Positions 10,075 through 19,618 of a DNA stretch of 41,748 nt are shown piece by piece. Location of the stretch: the NCBI GenBank assembly GCA_029260025.1, contig JAJDDZ010000312.1, positions 1 to 41,748 of the forward strand, in the 5' to 3' direction. The stretch's first letter is position 1. Every line of letters starts with the position of its first letter. Both the position numbers and the translations under genes were made by a program. This stretch comes from Phycisphaerae bacterium (lineage in GTDB: Bacteria; Planctomycetota; Phycisphaerae; UBA1845). The notes under the pieces were generated by a model. That model searched no databases. It saw only the letters and a list, made by a program, of their open reading frames with translations, and was not told where the DNA came from.

Positions 10075-11355
10075 ATGATCGCTTCATCTGCGAATCTAGA
10101 ATTACGAGCGAAGATCGTCGCGGGCGAACAGCTTTCGGCTGAGGAGGGTCTTGCGCTCTACGAGTCGCCTGACCTCCATACGCTGGGCGAGTTCGCCAAT
10201 ATCATTCGCGAGCGTTTACATGGTCGCAAGGCTTACTTCAACATCAACCGCCACATTAACTACACGAATTTTTGCGTATTGCGATGTAAGTTTTGCTCGT
10301 TCTATCGGCCTTATGTGAAGACGGGGGAGGGCGATGAGTCTGCGGCGCCCGAAGAATCTTCGCTGGCTGCTAGCGATACTTACGAACTCTCCGTCTTCGA
10401 GATCGTTGAGCGGGCGAAGGTTGCTTATGCTCGTGGCGCGACGGAAGTGCATATCGTTGGTGGACTACACCCAAAGCTGCCGTTTACATATTACACGCAC
10501 ATGTGCAAGGCGATTCGCGAAGCGTGCCCCTACATGCACATCAAGGCGTTTACTGCGATTGAGATTATTCACTTTTCGCGCATCGCCAAGCCTCGCTTGT
10601 CGATTGCCCAAGTTCTTTCACAGCTGCGCGATGCTGGCTTGGGGAGTCTTCCCGGCGGTGGTGCGGAAATATTCGACGATCGCGTTCACGAAGAAGCTTT
10701 TATGAACAAAGTCGGCGAGGAGGAATGGTTCGAGGTTCATCGCACAGCCCATAAACTCGGGATTTTCACCAACGCAACCATGCTCTACGGTCATATCGAG
10801 ACCCCTGCTGAGCGAATTGCGCATCTGGTCAAGCTTCGCGAGCATCAGGAAGAGAGCTTGCGATCCCGGATGGCGCATTTTAATTGCGTGATTCCACTTT
10901 CATTTATACCGGATGGTAGCGACCTTTCTCATCTGCCAGGTCCGGATGGTTTGACCGACCTGAAGACGCTTGCGATTTCGCGGGTCATGTGCCCGAATAT
11001 TCCGCATATTAAGGCGTTTTGGATCATGCAGACGCCGAAGCTCGCTCAGGTTTCGCTCAGTTATGGCGTGGACGACTTTGATGGGACGGTTGTCTACTAC
11101 GATATCACCAAGCGGGAGGGGGCTGGCACGACGCATCAAGAGTTGACGGTGGATCGACTCAAGCGATTGATGGTAGAGGCCGATTGTACTCCGGTGGAGC
11201 GCGATACGCTTTATCGCAGAATTGTGCGCGATGAGAAGAGTTGGCACGTCGAAGGTGAATCGTGGCTTGTCCCTTTCGAAGCGATGCCTGCGGGTGACGC
11301 TTCGGACGCAGCCACTCAAGAAACGGTGCAGCTTCGGATCGCCAGCAACGACTAA
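10075..11355 (+). CDS. mqnE: CofH-family radical SAM enzyme, most likely aminofutalosine synthase MqnE
   Basis: 'INYTNFCVLRCKFCSF' CxxxCxxC, 'EVHIVGGLHP', 'HIKAFTAIEI', 'SLPGGGAEIF', 'TNATMLYGHIE', 'HIKAFW'. The KAFTAxEI and HIKA(Y/F)W motifs favour MqnE over MqnC. Confidence 0.82.
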   Translation: MIASSANLELRAKIVAGEQLSAEEGLALYESPDLHTLGEFANIIRERLHGRKAYFNINRHINYTNFCVLRCKFCSFYRPYVKTGEGDESAAPEESSLAASDTYELSVFEIVERAKVAYARGATEVHIVGGLHPKLPFTYYTHMCKAIREACPYMHIKAFTAIEIIHFSRIAKPRLSIAQVLSQLRDAGLGSLPGGGAEIFDDRVHEEAFMNKVGEEEWFEVHRTAHKLGIFTNATMLYGHIETPAERIAHLVKLREHQEESLRSRMAHFNCVIPLSFIPDGSDLSHLPGPDGLTDLKTLAISRVMCPNIPHIKAFWIMQTPKLAQVSLSYGVDDFDGTVVYYDITKREGAGTTHQELTVDRLKRLMVEADCTPVERDTLYRRIVRDEKSWHVEGESWLVPFEAMPAGDASDAATQETVQLRIASND

Positions 11356-11399
11356 CTCCGTCGGCGTTCGTGGGCACCCTGGACACGGATGTTTGATCA

Positions 11400-12146
11400 A
11401 TGCAAGATATTTATCCCTACCTCGGTGACCTTCATGACGAGCTTTCTCCTCACTGGGCTGGGTTGGTATTGGTTTTCGTATCAGTCCTGTGTGGGATGAT
11501 CGTTGGGGCGGAACGCCAGATCAAACAAAAGTCTGCGGGGACTCGAACACTTACGTTGATCTGCGTTGGAAGTACGATTTTCACGCTCGCGTCCATCCTT
11601 CTGGCCGGCGGGTCGGCAATGGCAGATCGGACGCGCATCGCAGCTCAAGTCGTTACCGGAGTCGGATTTCTCGGCGCTGGGGCGATCATTCGTCATCGTG
11701 GCGCGGTCGTCGGTCTTACAACTGGCGCAACAATCTGGGGGGTGGCAGCCATCGGCGTCCTTGTCGGCGGAGGGTACGCAGCTGCGGGGATTGTGCTGAC
11801 GCTGCTGGTTGTAGGAATGCTCGTTGCGGTTCAAAAACTGGAACGTAGCGTTCTAGAGCCATGTCAGTACGCCGAGTGCAAAGTTGTTTACAATCCGGAG
11901 TCAGGCAAGACGCGACTTCGATTGCTCCGTGTGCTTGATGACTACAAGATTTCAGATGGCGCTTGGCAGGTCTACGAGAAGGGAAACAGCGAAACGATGA
12001 CGATTCGGTATTGCCATTATCATCGCGGCCATCGTTCGTTGCTATTTGAGATCGTCGAGATTCCTGGGGTGGTAGAGATTGCACGCGAGCGTGCTCCTCG
12101 GCAATCCTATGGGAGCGTTTCTTCCAAGAAGAGTGGGGCGGGATAG
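11400..12146 (+). CDS. MgtC/SapB family membrane protein
   Basis: 'IVGAERQ...KSAGTRT', 'RIAAQVVTGVGFLGAGAI', 'GLTTGATIW' signatures, plus a C-terminal ACT-like soluble part. Confidence 0.92.
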   Translation: MQDIYPYLGDLHDELSPHWAGLVLVFVSVLCGMIVGAERQIKQKSAGTRTLTLICVGSTIFTLASILLAGGSAMADRTRIAAQVVTGVGFLGAGAIIRHRGAVVGLTTGATIWGVAAIGVLVGGGYAAAGIVLTLLVVGMLVAVQKLERSVLEPCQYAECKVVYNPESGKTRLRLLRVLDDYKISDGAWQVYEKGNSETMTIRYCHYHRGHRSLLFEIVEIPGVVEIARERAPRQSYGSVSSKKSGAG

Positions 12147-12167
12147 GAACCGGCGGGGCGTTTTCTT

Positions 12168-12530
12168 CTAATCTTCGCTTTCTACGCCGCTGTGCTCTGC
12201 GGTGATTGTGGTGTTGATTCCCCCGCGGACTGTCCACCGCGATTCGACTTGCATCCAATCTGGTTTGCAGGCGGCGACTAGATCGTTGAGGATCACGTTA
12301 GTCACGTCTTCGTAGAAAATCCCCTCGTCTCGAAAACTCTGTAGATAAAGCTTGAGGCTCTTGAGTTCCACGCACTTCTCGGCCGCGATGTAACGGATGC
12401 TCATGGTGGCGAAGTCGGGTTGCCCTGTCTTTGGGCAGACGCTGGTGAACTCGTTGACCTCGTGCTCGATAGAATAGTCTCGCGAAGGGTGGGAATTCGG
12501 GAACGTTTCGATTGTTGGTTTCTCACTCAT
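12168..12530 (-). CDS. queF: NADPH-dependent 7-cyano-7-deazaguanine reductase (preQ1 synthase), unimodular type
   Basis: 'EFTSVCPKTGQPDFA', QueF motif 'ELKSLKLYLQSFR', 'RGGI'. Confidence 0.95.
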   Translation of the reverse strand: MSEKPTIETFPNSHPSRDYSIEHEVNEFTSVCPKTGQPDFATMSIRYIAAEKCVELKSLKLYLQSFRDEGIFYEDVTNVILNDLVAACKPDWMQVESRWTVRGGINTTITAEHSGVESED

Positions 12531-12584
12531 GATTGGCGAGACTCTATCTCAGAGCGTGTTGCACGACAAGGTCTTTCTGACGGG

Positions 12585-13190
12585 TTACTCGGCGAAAAGC
12601 AGTTGTTGCCCAGGTTGCTCTGGCGTTCTGGGGAGCAGGGGGGTGCGGGCTGCTTTCACACTTCGCCGCTTATCCTTTGCGGCGGCGACGAAACCATCGA
12701 GATCTTGAAAGTTCCATGATTCTCGAGGGATGGGGCGGTTGTCGCCGTCTCGAATGGGTGCGCCGAAGTGATCGACCAGGAATCGGGCAGCGAAACGGTC
12801 GCACATAGACTCTTTTTGTCGGGTGTTGCGTCGGGCGCGCTTCACGAGCAGGTGATACAGTTCGTGCATGAAAATAAACATTGCCAATTCGTAGGCGTCG
12901 CGCGTTTCGATCGTCACGAGCTGTCTGCGCCAACCACGTCGGACGACCTGGACCTTGGCGAGGTTGGTGGCGAGCTTGTAGGGGAACTTAAGATGTCGTC
13001 CGAGATTGATATAGATACGGCAGTCGGCGTAGAAGCACGTTCCGGAAAAATCTGCGCCGCGACTGTACCTCACTCGAACAGTAAGCGTTCCGACCGACCA
13101 TCCGTCGATCCCGTTTTTGAACATGGATTCGAGGCGCTCGTCGCAAAGCGAGGTTGAGTTGGCAAAATCCATTCGCGACACAGAGTCCAT
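12585..13190 (-). CDS. Hypothetical zinc metallopeptidase (HExxH, ImmA/IrrE-like) with C-terminal QQLLF motif
   Basis: 'FIFMHELYH' followed by 'ESMCDRFAARFL' (third-ligand helix typical of ImmA/IrrE-like zincins). The ORF-track extension to 13475 overlaps xerD and is unlikely; start is 13190 or 13172. Confidence 0.65.
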   Translation of the reverse strand: MDSVSRMDFANSTSLCDERLESMFKNGIDGWSVGTLTVRVRYSRGADFSGTCFYADCRIYINLGRHLKFPYKLATNLAKVQVVRRGWRRQLVTIETRDAYELAMFIFMHELYHLLVKRARRNTRQKESMCDRFAARFLVDHFGAPIRDGDNRPIPRESWNFQDLDGFVAAAKDKRRSVKAARTPLLPRTPEQPGQQLLFAE

Positions 13191-13249
13191 TCCTTTTGAT
13201 TCGGCGCATGCCCGGTCCGTGCCATGATACAGGGAAGTGCGAGACGATG

Positions 13250-14173
13250 CTAAGGGCGTGGGTGGAACTGGGTGTGGACTCGTTTGAGCTGTGCTTCGTC
13301 CACGTGGGTGTAGACCTGGGTTGTAGTAACGTCGGCGTGACCCAGCAGTTCTTGGACGATGCGCAGATCTGCGCCGCCAGCGAGCAGATGCGTCGCGAAA
13401 CAGTGGCGAAGCGTGTGTGGCGAAAGCGGGTTGTCGATCCCAGCTGCGTAAGCATACTTTCGCACGAGTCGCCACATATTGGTTCGATCAAGCCGGCGAC
13501 CTGTCCTCGAAAGAAAAATGGCGTCGCTGGTTCGACCAGCCAATAGTCGATCGCGGAGATCTTCGATATACTCGCCCACGGCTTCTCTCGCGGCACGACC
13601 CACCGGGACGATTCGCTCTTTTCGACCTTTCCCGAAACAGCGGACGTAGCCAAGCTTAAGGTTTACTTGTCCTAGATCCAAGTCTACCACCTCCGAAACG
13701 CGCATTCCGGTGGCGTACATTAACTCGAGAAGCGCTTTGTCGCGGAGGTAGAATTCGTCTTTTGGATCAGGAGCGTTTAGTAACGCCTCGACTTGCGAGT
13801 GATGGACGGTCTTGGGGATCGTGCGCCATTTTTTGACCGACTCGATCAGTGACGCGACGTCGCGGCGCATTACGCGTTCGGCGAACAAATGTCGCAAAAA
13901 GACCTTAATCGATGCGAGGTGTCGGGCGATCGACGAGACGGCGAGTCCGCGCTGTTGTAACGCGATGAGGTGCCTCTGCACTTCATCTATCGTGATGTCA
14001 CCAGGCTCGACGTCGTCGGCGATCAAGAAGTCCCAGAACTCGTTGAGGTCGCGTTGATAGGCTGTGACGGTCGAACCGGCGAGTCCGCACTCGATAAACA
14101 AGTAGTCGAGGAAACGCTTTACCAAAGGCGCTGGTGCTTTGGGTTTATTCGCGGGTTGGGTTGCAACTAGCAT
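13250..14173 (-). CDS. xerD: Site-specific tyrosine recombinase XerD
   Basis: 'FLDYLFIECGLAGSTVTAYQRDL', 'RDKALLELMYATGMRVSE', 'GKGRKERIVP', 'SPHTLRHCFATHLLAGGADLRIVQELLGHADVTTTQVYTHV', ending 'FHPR'. Start at ATG 14173 after a purine-rich RBS-like tract. Confidence 0.92.
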   Translation of the reverse strand: MLVATQPANKPKAPAPLVKRFLDYLFIECGLAGSTVTAYQRDLNEFWDFLIADDVEPGDITIDEVQRHLIALQQRGLAVSSIARHLASIKVFLRHLFAERVMRRDVASLIESVKKWRTIPKTVHHSQVEALLNAPDPKDEFYLRDKALLELMYATGMRVSEVVDLDLGQVNLKLGYVRCFGKGRKERIVPVGRAAREAVGEYIEDLRDRLLAGRTSDAIFLSRTGRRLDRTNMWRLVRKYAYAAGIDNPLSPHTLRHCFATHLLAGGADLRIVQELLGHADVTTTQVYTHVDEAQLKRVHTQFHPRP

Positions 14174-14305
14174 TTCGTAAGCTCTTCCTCTCACTTCGGC
14201 GCGTGCGTCTTTATCACAAGTGACGCTCACTGTCACCAAATGCAGAAGTAGGACCCCCGCAAAGGCGCTCGCCGCTCTCCTTTGTTGGCATCTATTGTAC
14301 TCCAA

Positions 14306-14539
14306 CGCGAGTTGAGGTCCAAGGGCTGCGGGGTTTTACGGGGCACGCCGAAATCGTTCCAGCAGGGACAATATCGGACTCACGCCGAGTTCCTGTTTAT
14401 CGCTGCTTCTCAAAGCGCCGAGTGTGACGAATTTCACGGTCCACATGTGGTATCTGCGCACAAATTGCGCCGCCCCAATAAGTTATTAGGAAAGTCGAAC
14501 GAAGAGATCTGGACTGTCGTTTTTGGACCTCAACCCGCG
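14306..14539. repeat. 17-bp imperfect inverted repeats bounding a 234-bp structured intergenic segment
   Basis: CGCGAGTTGAGGTCCAA (14306-14322) versus TTGGACCTCAACCCGCG (14523-14539): 16/17 reverse-complementary. Confidence 0.6.
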
Positions 14540-14610
14540 AACCGATTCCCCGGGGTTTGACTGAATTCACTCTTCCCGCAAAAATGCTCGAACAATCGAA
14601 GGCGATCGTA

Positions 14611-14694
14611 GCCGGAGTGGCGGAATTGGCAGACGCGCGGGATTCAAAATCCCGTCCTGGCAACAGGGTGAGGGTTCAAGTCCCTCCTTCGGCA
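14611..14694 (+). tRNA. tRNA-Leu (anticodon CAA)
   Basis: Acceptor GCCGGAG/CTTCGGC+A, D-loop GGAATTGGCAGAC, anticodon arm CGGGA-TTCAAAA-TCCCG, long variable arm, T-arm GAGGG-TTCAAGT-CCCTC. CCA not encoded. Confidence 0.96.
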
Positions 14695-14813
14695 TATGTT
14701 GAGGATCGTGGGGTTCGGATCTTGGTGGCCGTTTAGACTCCCGAGCCTAGTCCGGACCCTTCGTTCCTAGACCGGAGTCAGGCGGACCAATCGCTCGGCT
14801 GGAGGCCGCGGTT

Positions 14814-17030
14814 TTACTCGCTTTCGCCACAAGTTTCCAAATGCGCGAGCACTAAGCGGATTTCTCCGTACGAGACGCTTTCATTGAGGTGTTCATAAAT
14901 CGGCTTTAATAGTTTCGAGTCAACTTCGCACGCGGCGTGTGCGACTGCTTCGTAGTGCGCCTTGCTTATCCACTTCTCGATCGAAGCTGGTTGAGTGGAT
15001 GCGACGAACTCACCTAAGTATCCGAACACTGTGGTTTTCGCGCGATCAAGAGAGGTGGCCACCTTGTCTACGGAGGCGCCTTTCTCGAATAGACTGAAGG
15101 CGGCGACTTTCGCCGGTGATTCCGTCGCTCTCATGACTGGCGTTGCTTGGTCCCGCGCGTTGTTGAAACTATTGGTCGAAAGGTCGTGTCGTTCGCAACA
15201 CGAGACGACCTCATTGAGGAATTGTCGCCCATACTTTTCCCATTTCGCGTTACCGACACCGTGGATCTTTCTGAAGTTATTTTCGGTGGTGGGGCGGTTT
15301 CGGGCGAGTTCACGAAGCGTCCGGTCGCCGAAGACGACAAACGCTGGGACATGCTGCTTCTCAGCAATCTTGCTTCTCAGAGTACGAAGTTGGCCAAACA
15401 GCCCCTCGTCGACGCCATCCCACGAGATCTCCCCGGCGCGTGTCTTCTTGATTTCTTGTGAAGGCGGGCGGACCAACTGGACCCGTCGCTCGCCACGCAT
15501 CACTTCCCAGGATGCCCGGTTGAGCGCTAGAACGGGTCTATCATCCAGGCTTTGCGACAAGAGTTCTTGATCAACAAGCTGGTAAATTAAATTCTTGATT
15601 GATTGCTTAGGCGTACCCTTAAGTAATCCATAGGTCGTCACCTGATCGTGCCCGCGCTTGCGTACCGCCTCTGTGTTTGCCCCTGTGAGAACGTCGGCTG
15701 TGTGGGCGACCCCGAAAGCGAAACCGCTCATCCTTTCCATGCGCGCGATGTTCGAGAGGATTTTTTGCGCCGTCTCGGTCGCATCTTCGACTCCTTCGGT
15801 CTCGTTAAGGCAGACGTCGCACGCTTCGCAATCATCCTTTGGGAATTTCTGACCGAAGTGCTCCGACAGAGCGCGGTGGCGACATTGTGGAGCGCTGCAG
15901 TAGCGTCGGACTTGCTCAATCAATTGCTGATGGGCCGCCACGACCTCGGCGGATGCGTCAGCTTCCGCCGCGCTCTTGGCGATCAGCGCTTTCCATCGTA
16001 TCGGGTCCGCCGCGGAATAAAACAAAACGCACTCAGCCTCAAGTCCGTCACGTCCCGCTCGCCCGGTCTCCTGCTGATAATGGTCGACTGACTTGGGCAT
16101 TGTTGCGTGAAGAACGCATCGCACATTGCTCCGGTCGATCCCCATCCCAAAGGCAACAGTCGCTGCCACAACATCCAGCGATTCGTTCGCGAAGGCTTCT
16201 TGCGTTCTTAGTCGATGCTTGGCGTCTAGGCCCGCGTGGTAAGAGGCTGCGTTGACGCCTGCTTTCCGTAAGGCCGCGGCCATCGCTTCGGTGTCCTTGC
16301 GACTCAAGCAATAGACGATCGCGCCCTCGTTCTTGTGTCGCCTGAGTACTTCGACGGTCTGCGCATAGACGTCTGTCCTAGGTACGATTCGGTACGTCAG
16401 GTTCGGGCGATCGAAAACGCCTACGAGCATCGCAGGGTTTTCTAGTTGCAACTGGACGGCGATATCTTCGCGAACGCGCTGTGTTGCGGTTGCGGTGTAA
16501 GCGTGGACGCTTGCTTTTGGGAAATCTTGTTTCAAGAGGGCGAGCTGGCGATATTCGGGACGAAAGTCGTGCCCCCACTGACTGATGCAGTGGGCTTCAT
16601 CGATCGCAAACGAGCGAATGTCGAGTTCTCGGGCAAGTCGCAAGAAACTCGAAGTCAATAGTCTCTCGGGTGATACAAAAATGAGTCGCAAGTGTCCGTC
16701 GCGGAGGTTCTGAAAGGTCTCGGCGTTCTCGGCTGGCGTGTGTCCACTATGGATTGCGGCGGCGGGGTAGCCGCAGGTGAGCAGGCCGTCTACCTGGTCT
16801 TTCATCAATGAGATAAGCGGCGAAACCACAACGTGGGTGCTATCGCTAAGCAGGGGCGGTACTTGATAGCACAGGGACTTCCCGCCGCCCGTTGGCATGA
16901 CGACGACCGAGTCGCGGCCATCAAGTGACGCCTGAATCGCTTCTTCCTGAAGTGGCCTAAGCGCGTCGAAACCCCAGTAGCTGCGGACTTGTTCAAGGAT
17001 TTGTGAGAGCAGAGAACCCAATTCGACCAC
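14814..17030 (-). CDS. recQ: ATP-dependent DNA helicase RecQ
   Basis: 'MPTGGGKSLCYQ', 'IDEAHCISQWGHDFRPEY', 'ATVAFGMGID', 'QETGRAGRDG', Zn/RQC Cys cluster, HRDC 'VPAFVVFGDRTL' and a C-terminal HTH. Confidence 0.96.
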   Translation of the reverse strand: MVELGSLLSQILEQVRSYWGFDALRPLQEEAIQASLDGRDSVVVMPTGGGKSLCYQVPPLLSDSTHVVVSPLISLMKDQVDGLLTCGYPAAAIHSGHTPAENAETFQNLRDGHLRLIFVSPERLLTSSFLRLARELDIRSFAIDEAHCISQWGHDFRPEYRQLALLKQDFPKASVHAYTATATQRVREDIAVQLQLENPAMLVGVFDRPNLTYRIVPRTDVYAQTVEVLRRHKNEGAIVYCLSRKDTEAMAAALRKAGVNAASYHAGLDAKHRLRTQEAFANESLDVVAATVAFGMGIDRSNVRCVLHATMPKSVDHYQQETGRAGRDGLEAECVLFYSAADPIRWKALIAKSAAEADASAEVVAAHQQLIEQVRRYCSAPQCRHRALSEHFGQKFPKDDCEACDVCLNETEGVEDATETAQKILSNIARMERMSGFAFGVAHTADVLTGANTEAVRKRGHDQVTTYGLLKGTPKQSIKNLIYQLVDQELLSQSLDDRPVLALNRASWEVMRGERRVQLVRPPSQEIKKTRAGEISWDGVDEGLFGQLRTLRSKIAEKQHVPAFVVFGDRTLRELARNRPTTENNFRKIHGVGNAKWEKYGRQFLNEVVSCCERHDLSTNSFNNARDQATPVMRATESPAKVAAFSLFEKGASVDKVATSLDRAKTTVFGYLGEFVASTQPASIEKWISKAHYEAVAHAACEVDSKLLKPIYEHLNESVSYGEIRLVLAHLETCGESE

Positions 17031-17317
17031 CTTCGTTTACCGCGCCAGACGACCCATTTGTGCGATTCCGTTTGCGACAGCGTATCGACAGGGCGTTCTT
17101 CGACAAGTTTTTAAGGACCATACTTGGCGGTGGGGCGATTCATTGCGGCACATCGATCGAATGATTGTCATACTTGTAACATTCCTGGGAAGCGTTGGGA
17201 CACCGATTCGGGACAAAACGCCATTCTCCGGGTATGGTCTCTGTGGTCGCTATCGCTCGGGCTGGCGGTTTCGTGGAAATTATGGGGGATCGTTGTGTCC
17301 ATAGCGAGAGGGCAGAG

Positions 17318-19591
17318 ATGTTGAATCCGGATCCAGCAGCCATCGTCAAGTTGATTCTTGTTGGAGTCGCGATCGGCGCTCTCCCATTTCTCGCGGCGAC
17401 GCCGGTGTCTGCGTCTGGTACGTCCGTTCGTAAGCCGCTACCCGGACCCGATGAGATCAAGAAACTCCCCAAAGATGGCGGACCCAACTACAACCGACTG
17501 ATCTTCGAGAAGAGTCCATACCTACTTCAGCATGCCGCAAATCCTGTGAACTGGTACGCGTGGGGCGAAGAGGCTTTTGAAGCAGCCCGCAAACAGGATA
17601 AACCTATTTTCCTCTCTATCGGATACTCAACCTGCCACTGGTGTCATGTCATGGAGCATGAGTCTTTTGAAGACAACGAAGTCGCTACCGTCATGAACGC
17701 GCATTTCATTGCTGTCAAAGTCGATCGCGAGGAGAGACCTGACATCGACAACGTTTTCATGAAGGCATGCCGAGCGCTGGGTAAGCGTGGGGGTTGGCCC
17801 CTGACGATCATGATGTCCGCGGACAAGATTCCGTTTTTTGCCGGAACGTATTTCCCCAAAACGAGCAGGTTCGGTCGCGAAGGAATGATGGAGCTCATCC
17901 CTCGGATTGGAGAGGAATGGCGTAATGGGCGTAACGGGTTGCTGGATGCGGGGAAAAAGGTGCTCGCTCGCATCAAACCGCGCGTCAGTAACCGATCCGG
18001 AGCGGACCTCGACGAGTCCGTCTTGGCAAAAGGGTTTTCGCAACTCAGCCGGAGCGTTGATTCTGTCAATGGCGGTTTCGGGAAGGCGCCGAAGTTTCCA
18101 ACGCCTCATCGACTCAGCTTCTTACTTCGATACTGGCGACGGAGCGGCGATCCGGTTGCGCTGAAGATCGTCGAGCAGACGCTGCAGTCCATGCGTCGGG
18201 GCGGTATTTACGATCATATCGGGTTTGGGTTTCATCGCTATTCGACGGACGCGAATTGGCTTGTGCCTCATTTCGAGAAAATGCTTTACGACCAGGCGAT
18301 GTTGGTGATCGCTTTTGTCGAGGCCTACCAGGCAACAGGGAAAACAGAATACGCAGACACAGCGAGAGATGTCCTCGACTACGTTCTTCGGGACATGACC
18401 GATGCGAAAGGCGGGTTTTACTCGGCGGAGGACGCGGACAGCGAGGGCGTCGAGGGTAAGTTCAATGTCTGGTCGGCTGATGAAGTCCGGAAAGTGCTCG
18501 GGGGTGACGCGGACCTGTTTATCGAAGCGTACAACATTTTTCCCGGGGGTAATTTTAAGAATCCTCACACACCACCCACGACGAACATTCCGCACCTCAC
18601 GCAGACGTGGTCTGAGTTGGCGGCGGAATTCGGGATGGGCGAGGCTGATCTTCGCGGTAACCTCGAAGCGTCTCGATTGAAACTGTTTGCCGTGCGTGAA
18701 AAGCGCATCCATCCATATAAGGATGACAAAATCTTAACAGATTGGAACGGTCTGATGATCGCGGCGATGGCGAAGGCTGCGCAAGCGCTCGAAGCTCCGG
18801 AATACGCGGCTGCTGCCCAGCGTGCGGCGGACTTCATCTGGGATCATGTTCGAGATTCGCGCGGGCGACTGCTCAAAAGGCATCGCGGAGGCGCCTCGGC
18901 GCTGCCCGCTCATGCGGCTGATTACGCCTTTATGATTTGGGGTCTACTCGATTTATACGAAGCGAACTTTGATGTTGGGAATCTAAAGCGTGCGATCGAG
19001 TTGAACGACCAGCTTCTTACGCACTTTTGGGACGACCCTGCCGGCGGACTATTCTTCACCGCGGACGATAGCGAACCACTTCCCGTGCGGTCGAAAGAAG
19101 TGTATGACGGCGCGATCCCCTCTGCCAACTCCGTCGCCATGTTGAATTTTTTGCGGATCGCACGAATGACGGGCGACACCTCGCTCGAAGAAAAAGCGGC
19201 AGCCATCGGGCGTGCGTTCTCGGCGGGCATCTCAGGCGGTCCCTCGTCTTACGCGCAGTTGTTATGTGCCCTTGATTTTGGTGTTGGTCCTAGTTACGAG
19301 GTCGTCATCGTCGGTTCCCGCGATAGTGAAAGCACCAAGGCAATGATTTCGTCGCTACGAAAGACGTTTGCCCCAAACAAGGTTGTGCTGTTTCGCCCCG
19401 ACACCGATTCTCCAGAAATAACCGAGATCGCGACGTTCACCAAAAACCAAAAGGCCAAGGGCGGTACGGCGACAGCCTATGTATGTCGAAATCACCGCTG
19501 CAAGTTGCCCACAACAAACCCGAGTTTTATGGTTGAGAACTTGCTTGAAAAACCCGCAGCCACCAAGAAGGTCAAAGAGGCGGGGAACTAA
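17318..19591 (+). CDS. Thioredoxin domain-containing protein YyaL/SSP411 (DUF255 plus six-hairpin glycosidase-like domain) with N-terminal signal peptide
   Basis: '[21 protein letters not shown]', '[19 protein letters not shown]', '[11 protein letters not shown]', 'GGWPL', '[12 protein letters not shown]', '[13 protein letters not shown]'. Hydrophobic leader '[21 protein letters not shown]'. Start estimated. Confidence 0.92.
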   Translation: MLNPDPAAIVKLILVGVAIGALPFLAATPVSASGTSVRKPLPGPDEIKKLPKDGGPNYNRLIFEKSPYLLQHAANPVNWYAWGEEAFEAARKQDKPIFLSIGYSTCHWCHVMEHESFEDNEVATVMNAHFIAVKVDREERPDIDNVFMKACRALGKRGGWPLTIMMSADKIPFFAGTYFPKTSRFGREGMMELIPRIGEEWRNGRNGLLDAGKKVLARIKPRVSNRSGADLDESVLAKGFSQLSRSVDSVNGGFGKAPKFPTPHRLSFLLRYWRRSGDPVALKIVEQTLQSMRRGGIYDHIGFGFHRYSTDANWLVPHFEKMLYDQAMLVIAFVEAYQATGKTEYADTARDVLDYVLRDMTDAKGGFYSAEDADSEGVEGKFNVWSADEVRKVLGGDADLFIEAYNIFPGGNFKNPHTPPTTNIPHLTQTWSELAAEFGMGEADLRGNLEASRLKLFAVREKRIHPYKDDKILTDWNGLMIAAMAKAAQALEAPEYAAAAQRAADFIWDHVRDSRGRLLKRHRGGASALPAHAADYAFMIWGLLDLYEANFDVGNLKRAIELNDQLLTHFWDDPAGGLFFTADDSEPLPVRSKEVYDGAIPSANSVAMLNFLRIARMTGDTSLEEKAAAIGRAFSAGISGGPSSYAQLLCALDFGVGPSYEVVIVGSRDSESTKAMISSLRKTFAPNKVVLFRPDTDSPEITEIATFTKNQKAKGGTATAYVCRNHRCKLPTTNPSFMVENLLEKPAATKKVKEAGN

Positions 19592-19618
19592 TCTCGGCGC
19601 CATCGACGGATAGAATTC

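Noticed and set aside
12531-12584. preQ1 riboswitch upstream of queF
   Set aside because: No preQ1 hairpin or A-rich tail. The 54-bp gap only shows a weak promoter-like TTGTCG-N17-TAGAGT.
14474-14496. AT-rich palindrome near xerD as a dif site; AGGAAAGTC as an RNase P RNA motif
   Set aside because: The palindrome has a 1-bp centre instead of the 6-bp dif spacer and only a weak XerD-arm match. The other RNase P conserved regions are absent.
13250-14694. Tyrosine recombinase next to a tRNA as a prophage or island integrase
   Set aside because: The protein has XerD hallmarks (about 307 aa, LLGHA..TTQ.YTHV, terminal HPR), lies 5' of the tRNA, and is flanked by housekeeping genes. No att duplication or phage genes were seen.
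14746-14776. Short direct repeat CCTAG(T/A)CCGGA twice, 20-bp period, after tRNA-Leu
   Set aside because: Only two 11-bp copies; too short for CRISPR or an att site and compatible with chance.
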